Source: Candidatus Parcubacteria bacterium (GTDB lineage: Bacteria > Patescibacteriota > Minisyncoccia > Phycocordibacterales > UBA918). From it: a stretch of 64,000 nt of DNA. Positions 19,754-29,647 of this stretch are shown in pieces (position 1 is the stretch's first letter; each line of letters starts with the position of its first letter). The position numbers were made by a program, and so were the translations under genes. The DNA lies in NCBI GenBank assembly GCA_046050355.1, contig JBJOPW010000005.1, positions 2,503 to 66,502 on the forward strand. Direction: 5' to 3'. Under the pieces are notes generated by a model. It was not told where the DNA came from. It saw only the letters and a program-made list of their open reading frames with translations, and did not search any database.

Positions 19754-20905
19754 TCATTTTCTCGCTATTAGTTCTTGAAACAAATCTTCGTACTCTTTAA
19801 CAATCCGTGTAATATCAAATTGGGCGGCCGTTGCCTTGGCATGAGTGGATACATCTTCCCATGCATCATCTGACAATCCAAAAAACCACTCAATTGTAGC
19901 ACACACCGATTCTGGCGTACGTTCGATGAGTCTCCCCTGTTGCCCGTCAACCACGATCTCATCAATTCCTGACACTAACGTCGAAGCAACCGGCACCCCA
20001 AAGGCAAAGGCTTCTATCGCTACGTTTGGAAACCCTTCGATATCAGAGGTAAGGAAAAATACCTTAGCCGTCGCAAAGAAGGTGTACACATCATTACGAT
20101 AACCCGTCAGAATCACACGATCCTCAAGACCGAGAGCTGACACATACGCCCGCAGATTCGCCTCTTCACTTCCAGCACTGACGATACATAAGACCACATC
20201 TGCGGTGGGATAAGCTTTACAGTAGAGCGCAAAACCATCAATAAGGAGACGGTGATTTTTGTGCTTTTTGAGACGAGCGACATTAAGGATAATCTTTGTC
20301 TCAGGTCGCCATCCGAATTCCGCTCGCAGTGCCGCTACTTTTGCCTCAGCATCGGTCGCCAAAAAGTCCTCCACCCGCTTGGTATCAATACCATTGTAGA
20401 TTACCGTGAACCACGACCGCGGAATCAGTGATTGTCGTGACGAAAAATCCGCCACTGTTTTGGATACGGCGACAATGCGGCTCGAAAAATAGGCGCCGAT
20501 ATGGTCACGGATTTTGTGGCGGAGACTCTTGTCTTCGTAGGTATTATGCTCACGCGCAATCACCTTGTACCCAACAAAGGGCCGTAGGTAGCGTACAAGC
20601 GTGTTGGCCGTCACCATACTTGATACCACAACCGCTGGTCGCAAACGACGCAGGAGTTGATAGAGACTCCAGATTGTCTTTATATCAAATCCGCCACGCC
20701 ATGATAACTCATGGACAGTGACGTACGACGGTAGTTGTTCATAGAGTGATTCCCTACCCGCATAGGTACAGAGTGTCACCACATGCACCATGAACTTGGT
20801 CGTATCAATCACTTTCATCTGCGCCAGAAATTGCCGTTCAATACCACCCGAGGCCACGAGACTCGGAAGTACATACACAATGACGCTACGGGTATCGGTG
20901 GTCAT
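19754..20905 (-). CDS. Family 4 (GT-B) glycosyltransferase
   Basis: 383 aa. GT4 C-terminal motif region (FFLTSDIEGFPNVAIEAFAFGVPVAST). Confidence 0.85.
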   Translation of the reverse strand: MTTDTRSVIVYVLPSLVASGGIERQFLAQMKVIDTTKFMVHVVTLCTYAGRESLYEQLPSYVTVHELSWRGGFDIKTIWSLYQLLRRLRPAVVVSSMVTANTLVRYLRPFVGYKVIAREHNTYEDKSLRHKIRDHIGAYFSSRIVAVSKTVADFSSRQSLIPRSWFTVIYNGIDTKRVEDFLATDAEAKVAALRAEFGWRPETKIILNVARLKKHKNHRLLIDGFALYCKAYPTADVVLCIVSAGSEEANLRAYVSALGLEDRVILTGYRNDVYTFFATAKVFFLTSDIEGFPNVAIEAFAFGVPVASTLVSGIDEIVVDGQQGRLIERTPESVCATIEWFFGLSDDAWEDVSTHAKATAAQFDITRIVKEYEDLFQELIARK

Positions 20906-20909
20906 ACTA

Positions 20910-21749
20910 CTAAGAAGATCGCTTCAAATACAGGAGCACATCTTGAAATTGTGGCGTGTGATTATACGGCAATGACTTCGTGTTCATTTGGTAAAGGTAT
21001 CCCGTTTCCTCAAAAGCTTTAAGGAATTCACCAAATTTTGATTCGTGGGTACCCATGAGGTGATGGTACTCAATCACGTACTGCTCCACTTTAGTCAGCC
21101 AGCCACTCTGCGTCAGGTCATGAAGGACTTGCCATTCTGCCCCTTCGATATCAATCTTAGCCAAATCAATCTGTGACCAGCCTGCCTGGTGTAGCAGTGT
21201 CGACAATCGCTCGGCTGGTACTTCTACTGCGACCGTCATCCCTTTGCGAGCATAGGTACTCATCTTGAGTGAGCCTTTTTTAGTTGGGTGCACGTAGAGG
21301 GTTAATTCACCTGGCTGGTCACCAATGGCGCCATGAAAGACAGTTACATCGGTGAGTTTATTTCGCTCAATATTTTTGCGCAGGAGTTCGACTGTGGCCG
21401 GATCGGGTTCGATAGCGAGTACCTGTGCCTCTGGATAGAGCCATTTGATAAACAAAGTCGCAATACCAATATTGGCACCAGCATCAACACAGTACGGAGT
21501 AGTACCTAGCTTCACGTTGTATTCCTGACGCAGAAATGTCTCTTCATAGAGAAATCGCAAGGTCGAGAGATCAAAGCCCTCAATCACAAATCCAGCACAG
21601 TAAATCCGACGCTGGCGCGTCAATGGCGAAAACGGTAAAGCGACCAGGATACAGAGATACCACCACAAAATGAGGATTTTTTGCCTCCTTGAAAGCGGTG
21701 CTTTAAAAAGGCTCGAAATAGAAATAAACGCATTAAAAAGAATACTCAT
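20910..21749 (-). CDS. FkbM-family methyltransferase
   Basis: 279 aa. CVDAGANIGIATLFI...LAIEPDP...IDLAKIDIEGAEWQVL is characteristic of Methyltransf_21 (FkbM). Confidence 0.8.
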   Translation of the reverse strand: MSILFNAFISISSLFKAPLSRRQKILILWWYLCILVALPFSPLTRQRRIYCAGFVIEGFDLSTLRFLYEETFLRQEYNVKLGTTPYCVDAGANIGIATLFIKWLYPEAQVLAIEPDPATVELLRKNIERNKLTDVTVFHGAIGDQPGELTLYVHPTKKGSLKMSTYARKGMTVAVEVPAERLSTLLHQAGWSQIDLAKIDIEGAEWQVLHDLTQSGWLTKVEQYVIEYHHLMGTHESKFGEFLKAFEETGYLYQMNTKSLPYNHTPQFQDVLLYLKRSS

Positions 21750-22774
21750 AGGGTGGCAAATAAATCGGTAAAAAAACGATCAGCGCGAAGTTTCGTTGTA
21801 AACGCCTGCCGGGCCTTTTGCTGCATACTCAGGAACTGCTCAGGAGAACATATATCCCAAAAATCACCAACAATTTTGTCTAACTGTGAAAGCTTATCGT
21901 GTGGCACTCGAATCATAAACGAATCATACTCAATCTCGGTGGCCCGTGGCAAGGGTGTGTCAGTATCGACAAATACTGGTATCCGACCAAGGGAGAGCAC
22001 TTCAAAGAATCGTAGCGAAAAATTTCCATCACCACGTACAACAAGCGAGAGGTCAGCCTCGGTAATTGATTCAACAAATTGCTGGCGAATCACGATTGGA
22101 TCTGCTTCCACTGTTTTGACGCTCCCGGAGTAGGATCCGCGCATGATAAAGCGTCCAGTTACGCGTTTGGCTTGATTTACATAATTTATTGCTTGTCGTC
22201 GGTAGTAGAGACCCTGCAGTGATGGCTGTGGTGCGCCCAGAAACCAGATGGCCAGTTTTGAGCACCAAATCTTTACTTGGTACTTGTATTCCTGCTTCCA
22301 ATCATTGAACCGCACCCAGCCAGCGAAGCCAATGGTTGGTACTGTCGCTACCTTCTCACGGTAGTGCACGCCAAACTGCTCACCAATATCCTCAACAAAA
22401 GCCGGCATAATGATTTCGTTTGATCGCAACTGTGACGAATAGGCTGACGAACGGATGATGATGGCATTATCAATTACAATCGGTTCTGCGCTATCCCCAT
22501 AGGCAAACACAAAGAGCTTGGCGCCAATCTGCTTGGCATAGGTCGCTGCTTCAGCTAGATAGGCAGCATCATGTTCAATCGCAAAATAATTATGCGGGAT
22601 CATTACGTATTTGGCTGACTCCCCTTCCTCCACAAAAGTAGCGAGTGCTTTAAATGGTGCTGTTTTGATCTGCTGAAAGAGACCGCCTTCGTACTCCTGT
22701 GTACTCTCCATCAATGTCAGCAGAATAGAATCTTTAATGCCGTCCTTGCGTCTAAAGATGTAAATGGGGACCAT
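21746..22774 (-). CDS. Exostosin-like (GT47-type) putative glycosyltransferase
   Basis: 342 aa. The C-terminal VVRGDGNFSLRFFEVLSLGRIPVFV resembles the exostosin RGD..S.R.FEA..GCIPV motif. Otherwise it has no recognisable family. Confidence 0.45.
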   Translation of the reverse strand: MVPIYIFRRKDGIKDSILLTLMESTQEYEGGLFQQIKTAPFKALATFVEEGESAKYVMIPHNYFAIEHDAAYLAEAATYAKQIGAKLFVFAYGDSAEPIVIDNAIIIRSSAYSSQLRSNEIIMPAFVEDIGEQFGVHYREKVATVPTIGFAGWVRFNDWKQEYKYQVKIWCSKLAIWFLGAPQPSLQGLYYRRQAINYVNQAKRVTGRFIMRGSYSGSVKTVEADPIVIRQQFVESITEADLSLVVRGDGNFSLRFFEVLSLGRIPVFVDTDTPLPRATEIEYDSFMIRVPHDKLSQLDKIVGDFWDICSPEQFLSMQQKARQAFTTKLRADRFFTDLFATL

Positions 22775-22776
22775 GT

Positions 22777-23430
22777 CTATTTTTTTACCGCCACCACCAT
22801 GTAGCCAAGCGGAAATTGTCGTGGGTAGAGCGGTCGATATTTGATCAACACACCATCAAGGACATAGGCTGGAACAAAAAACAGTGGTCGAATGATTTTT
22901 GGCATTGATAAGATGCACATATTGAGGGCGGCAATACAGACGCCACGACTGACTTCTTTGACTTCGGCCTCAAGTCCTAGCTCAACACACATTCGTTCAA
23001 GGGCGTCACGCGTATAGCGGTGGCAGTCTAAGAGTCCATCACTATGCCCCGGGTGATACATGTACAAAAATGGGACAAACATCACAAACTTTCCTTGTGG
23101 CTTTAGGATACGGACGAGTTCACCGAAGTGCCATTTGTAGTTGTAGATATGCTCAAGCACGTTCATCGAGAGTACCGTATCAAAACTCGCCGTCTCGTAC
23201 GGCAACGCATCGGTTTCAAAGTTGGTCGAGTCACCGGTGAGACGATCCATACTCACAAACTCGGCCCCTGGTTCTTTCACCATGAGCGCCTGGTAGTGTG
23301 GACTACTGCCAGCGCCAATATCAATCACCTTCCCCCGTACCGAAATCTTACGAACGGCGTTGTTAAAGAATGATCGTAGCACCGAGCGACCTTTAGTAAT
23401 TTCTTTGAGTAAAAACGTAAAATCTGACAT
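22777..23430 (-). CDS. Class I SAM-dependent methyltransferase
   Basis: 217 aa. Motif I VIDIGAGSSPH, then LSMNVLEHIYN. Confidence 0.75.
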   Translation of the reverse strand: MSDFTFLLKEITKGRSVLRSFFNNAVRKISVRGKVIDIGAGSSPHYQALMVKEPGAEFVSMDRLTGDSTNFETDALPYETASFDTVLSMNVLEHIYNYKWHFGELVRILKPQGKFVMFVPFLYMYHPGHSDGLLDCHRYTRDALERMCVELGLEAEVKEVSRGVCIAALNMCILSMPKIIRPLFFVPAYVLDGVLIKYRPLYPRQFPLGYMVVAVKK

Positions 23431-23543
23431 GGCACTATAGTAGCATAGCTAAGAAAGTAAATGTATGTTGTCAGGAATCCTCACAAACAAGTCAAAAGCT
23501 ATTGCTATACAAGGGTTAAACTACGATCGAGATAAAAAGGTAA

Positions 23544-24182
23544 CTACTTCTTTTTTATCACCACAATGTATCCAAGTGGTAAAGTTTCAACCATCTTGAG
23601 ATAACGCTTTGAAAGAGCCGAAAAGAAACGGTCCAAACCTACGGCAATTTTTTTGCCGATATACCGGAGGGTTTTGGTAGGAATACCAGTAAATATTGAT
23701 TGGTACATGACCGAAAATAGGCCTTGCCCAGTAGCTTCAATAGAAACGAGGTCACAATCATAACGCTCAGCTAGGCGCTTATACACTGATGGGGTGTATC
23801 GCAGATAATCGTCTGGAGAACCGTGGATGTGGTGCATGAACGGTGTAGTAATGACAATGGTACCCCTTTGTTTCGTCACCCGTACCATTTCACTAAATGC
23901 GTTTTCATACAGCCATACATGCTCAAGTACATTCAGACAGACACAGTGATCATAAGAGCTGTCCTCAAACGGAAATGGTTTTTCTATATCAACAATAAAA
24001 TCCGGTTGGCAGCTTTCGTCGAAATTAATGACTGTAAAGGTATGTTCTCCAGAAATGATGTGGTGGTAGGCTGTGTTCTTGCCTCCACCAACATCTAATA
24101 TCTTCCCGTTCATGGTAAGCCGTTCCAGTGCCTTGTATTCTGCAGTACGGATAATTGAGTAATGGGGGGATATTTTATGCAT
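23544..24182 (-). CDS. Class I SAM-dependent methyltransferase
   Basis: 212 aa. Motif I ILDVGGGKNT, then CLNVLEHVW. Confidence 0.75.
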   Translation of the reverse strand: MHKISPHYSIIRTAEYKALERLTMNGKILDVGGGKNTAYHHIISGEHTFTVINFDESCQPDFIVDIEKPFPFEDSSYDHCVCLNVLEHVWLYENAFSEMVRVTKQRGTIVITTPFMHHIHGSPDDYLRYTPSVYKRLAERYDCDLVSIEATGQGLFSVMYQSIFTGIPTKTLRYIGKKIAVGLDRFFSALSKRYLKMVETLPLGYIVVIKKK

Positions 24183-25005
24183 AGATGGCTCTCATTATAT
24201 ATCGTTTTGGGTGTTTTGTTTGCGAAAATGAGACAGTCGATTCTTTAAATGTATTTTTATAGCTATCGAGTGTAATTCCCTGCAAAAGGTCAAGATGAAT
24301 CTCACCTACATATGTTTGTCCAAATAGCTTCGGGTCAATATCCAAAAGTGCATCCTCTCCTCCTTCAATATCAAATTTTATAATATCAAATCTATCAACT
24401 TGAGATAGTCGGCAGATATCAGCCAATGAGAATGTTTGTATATTCTCTGTATCAATTTGTGAAGTTCTCACTTTTAATGAGTGTCCCATCGGATTCTTAG
24501 TAAGCTGCAATTCCATCTCACCGGCTTCGGTAGCGAGTGCTCCTTGAATAATCTGTACATTGATATCTGCACTAAAATTTTTGCGCAAGTATTCTAGTGT
24601 TTTTGATGACGGCTCAACAACTACAATTTTTGCGTCTGGATAACGCTTGCGCCAGTAGAGTGCAGTATCTCCGATATGCCCCCCCAAATCTAAGATACTG
24701 GTAATGTCTTTACTTGTTTTGATTTCATAATCTTTATCAACAAATGCCTCAGCTAAACCAGCCACATCAAGTACATGCTTTAGTGTGAACAATTTCCGCT
24801 TACCAGAGACAGGTATATTTAGTGTGAAATCACCAAGATTCGATACATAAAACCTTGATATATAGAAATAACAAAGCTGACTGCTAAGTATTAGTGACTT
24901 AAAAATAGAGTGGTCTGATAACTCCCATGCTAGTTTCGGTATTGTGCTGATGATTGTCTTCATGATGTAATTTATCCTTTGTATAGTAGCAATTTTTAAA
25001 GTCAC
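24175..25005 (-). CDS. FkbM-family methyltransferase
   Basis: 276 aa. ILDLGGHIGDTALYW...VVVEPS...IIKFDIEGGEDALL. Confidence 0.8.
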   Translation of the reverse strand: MTLKIATIQRINYIMKTIISTIPKLAWELSDHSIFKSLILSSQLCYFYISRFYVSNLGDFTLNIPVSGKRKLFTLKHVLDVAGLAEAFVDKDYEIKTSKDITSILDLGGHIGDTALYWRKRYPDAKIVVVEPSSKTLEYLRKNFSADINVQIIQGALATEAGEMELQLTKNPMGHSLKVRTSQIDTENIQTFSLADICRLSQVDRFDIIKFDIEGGEDALLDIDPKLFGQTYVGEIHLDLLQGITLDSYKNTFKESTVSFSQTKHPKRYIMRAIYA

Positions 25006-25035
25006 CGGCTAGGTTTTGCGTAGCAGGTGACGTGA

Positions 25036-25081
25036 AATTATAATTAAAACACCCCTATGAAAGGGTGTTTTAATTATAATT
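25036..25081 (-). terminator. Terminator-like 19-bp inverted repeat (AATTATAATTAAAACACCC...GGGTGTTTTAATTATAATT) downstream of the 25090-26751 gene
   Basis: A perfect long stem with a 7-nt loop lies immediately 3' of the stop codon on the minus strand. The flanking sequence is AT-rich. Confidence 0.5.
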
Positions 25082-25089
25082 TTCTTTAT

Positions 25090-26751
25090 CTACGGAAGTA
25101 TATACTCAATCTTCATATACGGATCAGTACTGGTTCCAGAAGCCTCGGATGATCTGAATCTAAAACCCGAATAGGTATACTGGCCGCCAGATATTTGATC
25201 ATTGCCAGCATCATGACCTTCTCGGAAACAAAGTTTTGTGTGTCCAATTTTGTCTATCCAACTTTTTCCGCTTGAATTAAGGCCGAAATTGACGTAGGCA
25301 TTGGCTGATATATTGTCTATATCAATTGTTGCAGCACCTGCGGTTGGATTATTTAAGGAATCTGAACACTGATCTATATCACCTACTACTATACTGCTCG
25401 CTGAACTCTGCATACCTTGATACAAGCCGATGTACCCAAAAGCATCATTGTCGCCGTTGTGAACTACGTTAGTATATACACTCGTTGACGCGTTGAGGAT
25501 TTCTGCATTGTCTGGAAGAGTCGACGTATCAAACACTAGAAATCCACGATAGATTGAAGTCCAAGAAGTTGGACTGCCAATGAATGAGAGCACCTCGACT
25601 TGAGAACCGGTGTAATCAACGTCTCTACCGGTTGTTGCCATCCGCTGACCGGCCCAATTATTTACTCCCCAAGGAGTGCCAAGGTGTCCGTCACCCGACG
25701 AGCCATAAATGACCGTCTGACTAGGTTGAATTCTAAATGTAGCAGTTGAGGTACTCCAATCACCTTCCACACCAAGCTGATCCCAAAACTTGATACGCCA
25801 ATAGTAATCATGACCAAAGCCAAGTGGACTGCCTGAGTAACTTATTTCTGAAGATTTGGTACCAGCTGATGTACTAGCCATAGTGGTTTTACCACTATCC
25901 CACAATAAAGCACCCGAAAAATTGGTAGATGAACTAACTTGAATTTGATAGTTTACAGCTTGATCAGATGGACTGTCACCGTAGTAAGCACTAAATTCGG
26001 GAGTCTTTTCATTTATTGTTGGATTCGTTTGATTTTCAACCTGAAGATTGTAAGCGGTTGGTTTTAAGGAATACTCAATTGTCATGTATGGATCAGTACT
26101 CGTCCCAGCGGCATCAGCTGATTTGAATCTAATACCTGAAAATGTAAATTGGCCCCCAGAGATTTGATCATTACTGACATCATGTCCTTCCCGTAGGCAA
26201 AGTTTTGTATACCCTGTTTTGTCAATCCAATTTTTTCCAGTTGAATTCAAATTGAAAGTGCCGTAAGTATTAACCGAGAAATTGTCTATATCAATGGTTG
26301 CAGCACCTGCGGTTGGGCTGTTTAGAGAATCTGAGCATTGATCAATGTCACCAACATCGATACTGCTCGCAGAGTTTTGCATTCCCTGATACAAGCCCAT
26401 ATATGCATTAGCATCATTGTCATCGTTATGGACAACATTAGTGTATACGCTTGTTGAAGCATTTAAGATTATAGCGTTGTCTGGTATCACGGAAGTATCA
26501 AACACTAGAAATCCTCGATAAATTGAGGTCCAGGATGATGGGCTGCCGATGAATGAGAGTACCTCGACTTGAGAACCGGTATAATCCACGTCTCTACCGG
26601 TTGTTGCCATCCGCTGCCCCACCCAATCATTGACACCCCAAGGAGTGCCGAGGTGACCATCGCCGGTTGAACCGTAGATGGTTATAGTCTCTGCGCTTAC
26701 ATGATTTATGAATAGAAAGAAAAAACAAAATATTATTAATATATTCTTCAT
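25090..26751 (-). CDS. Secreted protein with two tandem approximately 230-aa homologous domains separated by an FN3-like segment
   Basis: 553 aa. Signal peptide MKNILIIFCFFFLFINHVSA. The domains at about aa 20-230 and 335-553 are about 75-80% identical (TIYGSTGDGHLGTPWGVNDW... twice). The underlying DNA repeats are 26062-26694 and 25093-25749. Confidence 0.7.
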   Translation of the reverse strand: MKNILIIFCFFFLFINHVSAETITIYGSTGDGHLGTPWGVNDWVGQRMATTGRDVDYTGSQVEVLSFIGSPSSWTSIYRGFLVFDTSVIPDNAIILNASTSVYTNVVHNDDNDANAYMGLYQGMQNSASSIDVGDIDQCSDSLNSPTAGAATIDIDNFSVNTYGTFNLNSTGKNWIDKTGYTKLCLREGHDVSNDQISGGQFTFSGIRFKSADAAGTSTDPYMTIEYSLKPTAYNLQVENQTNPTINEKTPEFSAYYGDSPSDQAVNYQIQVSSSTNFSGALLWDSGKTTMASTSAGTKSSEISYSGSPLGFGHDYYWRIKFWDQLGVEGDWSTSTATFRIQPSQTVIYGSSGDGHLGTPWGVNNWAGQRMATTGRDVDYTGSQVEVLSFIGSPTSWTSIYRGFLVFDTSTLPDNAEILNASTSVYTNVVHNGDNDAFGYIGLYQGMQSSASSIVVGDIDQCSDSLNNPTAGAATIDIDNISANAYVNFGLNSSGKSWIDKIGHTKLCFREGHDAGNDQISGGQYTYSGFRFRSSEASGTSTDPYMKIEYILP

Positions 26752-26862
26752 AGGGTAAAGATAATCTAATAACTTTTACATCATTATAATAATCCTATTC
26801 TACCCCCCCCTACATAAATTCCACAATGAATACATCTGTATAGTCAATGAAATCAATATGCA

Positions 26863-27915
26863 TTAATAACTCCGCAAAATCTTTGCAATCAAATTTAAAA
26901 GGCTATGCTTCTGTTGCACCCTATCAGCAGCAACACGGGTAAAATTATTCTTGTCAAACAATGGTCGTTTGGTGAGCTCGAGGATATTGGCAACCAGTGC
27001 CTCACTGTCACCAGGGGCAAAAAAGAGTGGCCAATCGGTCTCTGTACCCATGATGTAGCGGTAGGAAGGGTTTGAGGAAACCACCGGCACCCCACAAGCC
27101 ACCGCTTCGACCAATACTTTATCAAGACTGTTAGTAACACCATCGTGAATAAATATATCGGTGCTAGCCAACAGTGCTGGTAATTCTGCCTGTGACGCTG
27201 GTCCATACCAGACTATATGACCAGAAAGACCAGAAGCAATCACCTGTTGTCGGAGCATTGCCTCGTACTGCTTTTCGCTTGGCGTGGTCGCTGCGCCCAC
27301 AATACGAAATGTAAATGGCACCCGTGCCTCTGCGAGCTTCGCGCAGGCGGCGATGAGTGTCTCAATTTGTTTTGACTGTGCAATGCGACCAACGATACAA
27401 AGGCGCAGGACCGGAGATGCAGTGCGTGGCGTATACACAAAGCGGCTCATATCAATTCCCTGCCCGGTCACCACCACTTTTTTTGACGGTAAACGAAAGC
27501 CTTGTGGCGTCGAGGTAAAGACAATATGCGTCAACTGTGTCGCGACCCGGAGTGATAGGGGCACCGCACCATGTGCATACCACAGACCAATACGCTTGCC
27601 CCAGAGTCGCCAAAGGAGGCCCCCAAGGACAACGTACAGCTGGTTCATATGGACAAACACCCCATCGTATTCGTGTCGAAGCGCAAAGATAGAGCGGTAG
27701 AACCGCCAGAGGTATTTGAGGCGGTTCTCACCGGCTTCTTTACCGAGTGAATGCACAGTGACATTCGCGGGCAGCTGGTACTCGCCTACTGACAGCGCGA
27801 TGACATGTACCTGTTCGCAGTTTTTGGCGAACTCCTCTATCCAACGATGAAAGAAACCAAGAATCGGATGATTGGTGTCGACCACCTGCGTGATAATGAG
27901 AAGTCTTTTTTGCAT
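26863..27915 (-). CDS. Family 4 glycosyltransferase
   Basis: 350 aa with a GT4/GT-B architecture. A -10-like TATAAT sits about 40 nt upstream on the minus strand. Confidence 0.85.
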   Translation of the reverse strand: MQKRLLIITQVVDTNHPILGFFHRWIEEFAKNCEQVHVIALSVGEYQLPANVTVHSLGKEAGENRLKYLWRFYRSIFALRHEYDGVFVHMNQLYVVLGGLLWRLWGKRIGLWYAHGAVPLSLRVATQLTHIVFTSTPQGFRLPSKKVVVTGQGIDMSRFVYTPRTASPVLRLCIVGRIAQSKQIETLIAACAKLAEARVPFTFRIVGAATTPSEKQYEAMLRQQVIASGLSGHIVWYGPASQAELPALLASTDIFIHDGVTNSLDKVLVEAVACGVPVVSSNPSYRYIMGTETDWPLFFAPGDSEALVANILELTKRPLFDKNNFTRVAADRVQQKHSLLNLIAKILRSY

Positions 27916-27968
27916 ACATTAATGTTGACAATGAGTGGCTTTTTGCTATTATATAGATATCACAACAA

Positions 27969-28012
27969 AAAGTCCCCTGCCGGGTTCCGTCCCGTCAGGG
28001 TCCTTTTTATTT
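27969..28012 (-). terminator. Intrinsic terminator (GGACCCTGACGGGACGGAACCCGGCAGGGGAC + TTTTTGTTG) overlapping the NYN gene stop
   Basis: An approximately 10-bp GC stem is followed by a T-run on the minus strand. It is also flanked by an A-run, so it is potentially bidirectional. Confidence 0.6.
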
Positions 28013-28498
28013 TCTCCCAATTTTATTTCGTAAACCATTCATAAACATAATATGTTTCTGTGCAAATCTTTTTAAAAGCGCAGAGTAGCGATGTTGATTA
28101 GGTACCAAAACCGCCAGCAATTTTGATTGAGAAAGCAAGTGTTGTACTAAGCAGTAAAAGTCTCCATCACCCGTAACAATGATTGCCTGATCAAAATTGT
28201 TATATTGCAGCATAGTATGGAGTACTAATTCTGCATCACAATTTCCTTTTGTGGTGCCATTTTTGTACTGAAGCGTGGGTTTAAAAATGCAAACAAACCC
28301 AGCTTCTTGTAATCTGGTATAGACAGCATTGTTACCTTCTATATACCCGATGAACAAAAAGGCTTTTTCTATATTGTATTTTTCTTTGAGGTACACTCTG
28401 AACCTCGCCCAGTCAAGAGACCATCCTTGGGCAGTAATGGCCAAATGTACATTCTGTGCATCAATGAACGCATAGTTATTTTTTGTAACTGATTGCAT
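28007..28498 (-). CDS. NYN-domain (LabA/PIN-like) putative ribonuclease
   Basis: 163 aa. NYN motifs FIDAQNV, GNCDAELVL and IIVTGDGDF. Confidence 0.8.
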   Translation of the reverse strand: MQSVTKNNYAFIDAQNVHLAITAQGWSLDWARFRVYLKEKYNIEKAFLFIGYIEGNNAVYTRLQEAGFVCIFKPTLQYKNGTTKGNCDAELVLHTMLQYNNFDQAIIVTGDGDFYCLVQHLLSQSKLLAVLVPNQHRYSALLKRFAQKHIMFMNGLRNKIGRK

Positions 28499-28511
28499 AT
28501 TCTATATACTA

Positions 28512-29642
28512 TCACTTTGAAGTGGTGATAAGTCGCCAAAGCTCGACAATACGATTGGCGTACGCTTCGTCACTGGTAGCGAGGGTGGAGGCCGTAGTGA
28601 GTCCAGCCGTACTGAGGCGCTGCCGTAGGTCAGCATCGGCCACGAGCCTCGTGAGCGCTGCGACGAGGGCGGCTTCGTCTCGTGGCGGCACCACGAGCGC
28701 TTCTTTATCAGGCAGACAGAGTTCTCCGACACATCCTACGTCAGTCGTCACAATGGCGAGTCCCGCCGCCATCGCTTCGCCGAGGACCATCGCATACCCT
28801 TCGTAGTCGGAAGTGAGGGCAAAGATATCAGCGGCTTTCATCACCGAAGCAATATCGGCCTGCCAGGGATAAAATAGTACCGGAGCAGCGCTTGGCCAAA
28901 GTCTTGCCACTTGTGCACGCAGCGAGGTTTCTTCACTCCCCTCACCGACGAGGATCAACTGACTCTGCGGCTGCTGTTGGTGGACTTGCTTAAAAGCATT
29001 AATAAGCAGGGGGAGATTTTTCTCGCGAGAAAAGCGAGCGACCGCGATAATCGTGACCTTATTCTGGTCAGGCCAAAGTGGTCGGGGGCTCGCGGTTTGA
29101 AAGGCCTCAAGCGACGTCACAATCGGCAGTACCGTGAGACGATGACGAGACACACCACGCGTAATGAGCGAACTAGCGATACGCTTTGAGACCACCCGCA
29201 CACCCGTCGCTCGACGGAGAACAAACAGTCCCAGTCCCGCTCGTAATCGATTCCCCCAGGATTCGAGTCGCCAATAATCTCGACTATAAAAATCGCCGTG
29301 TACTTGGACTTCAAGTGGGACACCCGTGAGTAATCGGACCACGAGTCCAATGAGCCCAAACTCAAACGGGCTCTGGACGGTGAGCAGGGTCGGTCCAGCT
29401 TTTTGGCTCTGCTTGACTTGCCGGAGCGTCGCCAAGAATAGACGCCAGAATCGCAGGAGCGGGCTCGTCGCAGAGATCGGTAGTACCGAGAGTCCAGACA
29501 CTTGTACCGGCACCAATGGTTCTTTGACTGGTATCAGAATCGTGAGCTGCTGTATCATTGTGGCATACGAAAGTTGCCGCGCGTACGGGCGCGAGGTGGT
29601 ATCAAGTATCTTTGTATCGTGACCGAGGGAGACAACGTACAT
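28512..29642 (-). CDS. Family 4 glycosyltransferase
   Basis: 376 aa. GT4 C-terminal region (IFALTSDYEGYAMVLGEAMAAGLAIVTTDVG). Confidence 0.85.
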   Translation of the reverse strand: MYVVSLGHDTKILDTTSRPYARQLSYATMIQQLTILIPVKEPLVPVQVSGLSVLPISATSPLLRFWRLFLATLRQVKQSQKAGPTLLTVQSPFEFGLIGLVVRLLTGVPLEVQVHGDFYSRDYWRLESWGNRLRAGLGLFVLRRATGVRVVSKRIASSLITRGVSRHRLTVLPIVTSLEAFQTASPRPLWPDQNKVTIIAVARFSREKNLPLLINAFKQVHQQQPQSQLILVGEGSEETSLRAQVARLWPSAAPVLFYPWQADIASVMKAADIFALTSDYEGYAMVLGEAMAAGLAIVTTDVGCVGELCLPDKEALVVPPRDEAALVAALTRLVADADLRQRLSTAGLTTASTLATSDEAYANRIVELWRLITTSK

Positions 29643-29647
29643 ACTGG

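Noticed and set aside
25090-26751. Diversity-generating retroelement (template/variable repeat) explanation for the internal DNA repeat
   Set aside because: The repeats are about 630 bp long and differences are spread across all base types. No reverse transcriptase is present in the window. It is an ordinary tandem domain duplication.
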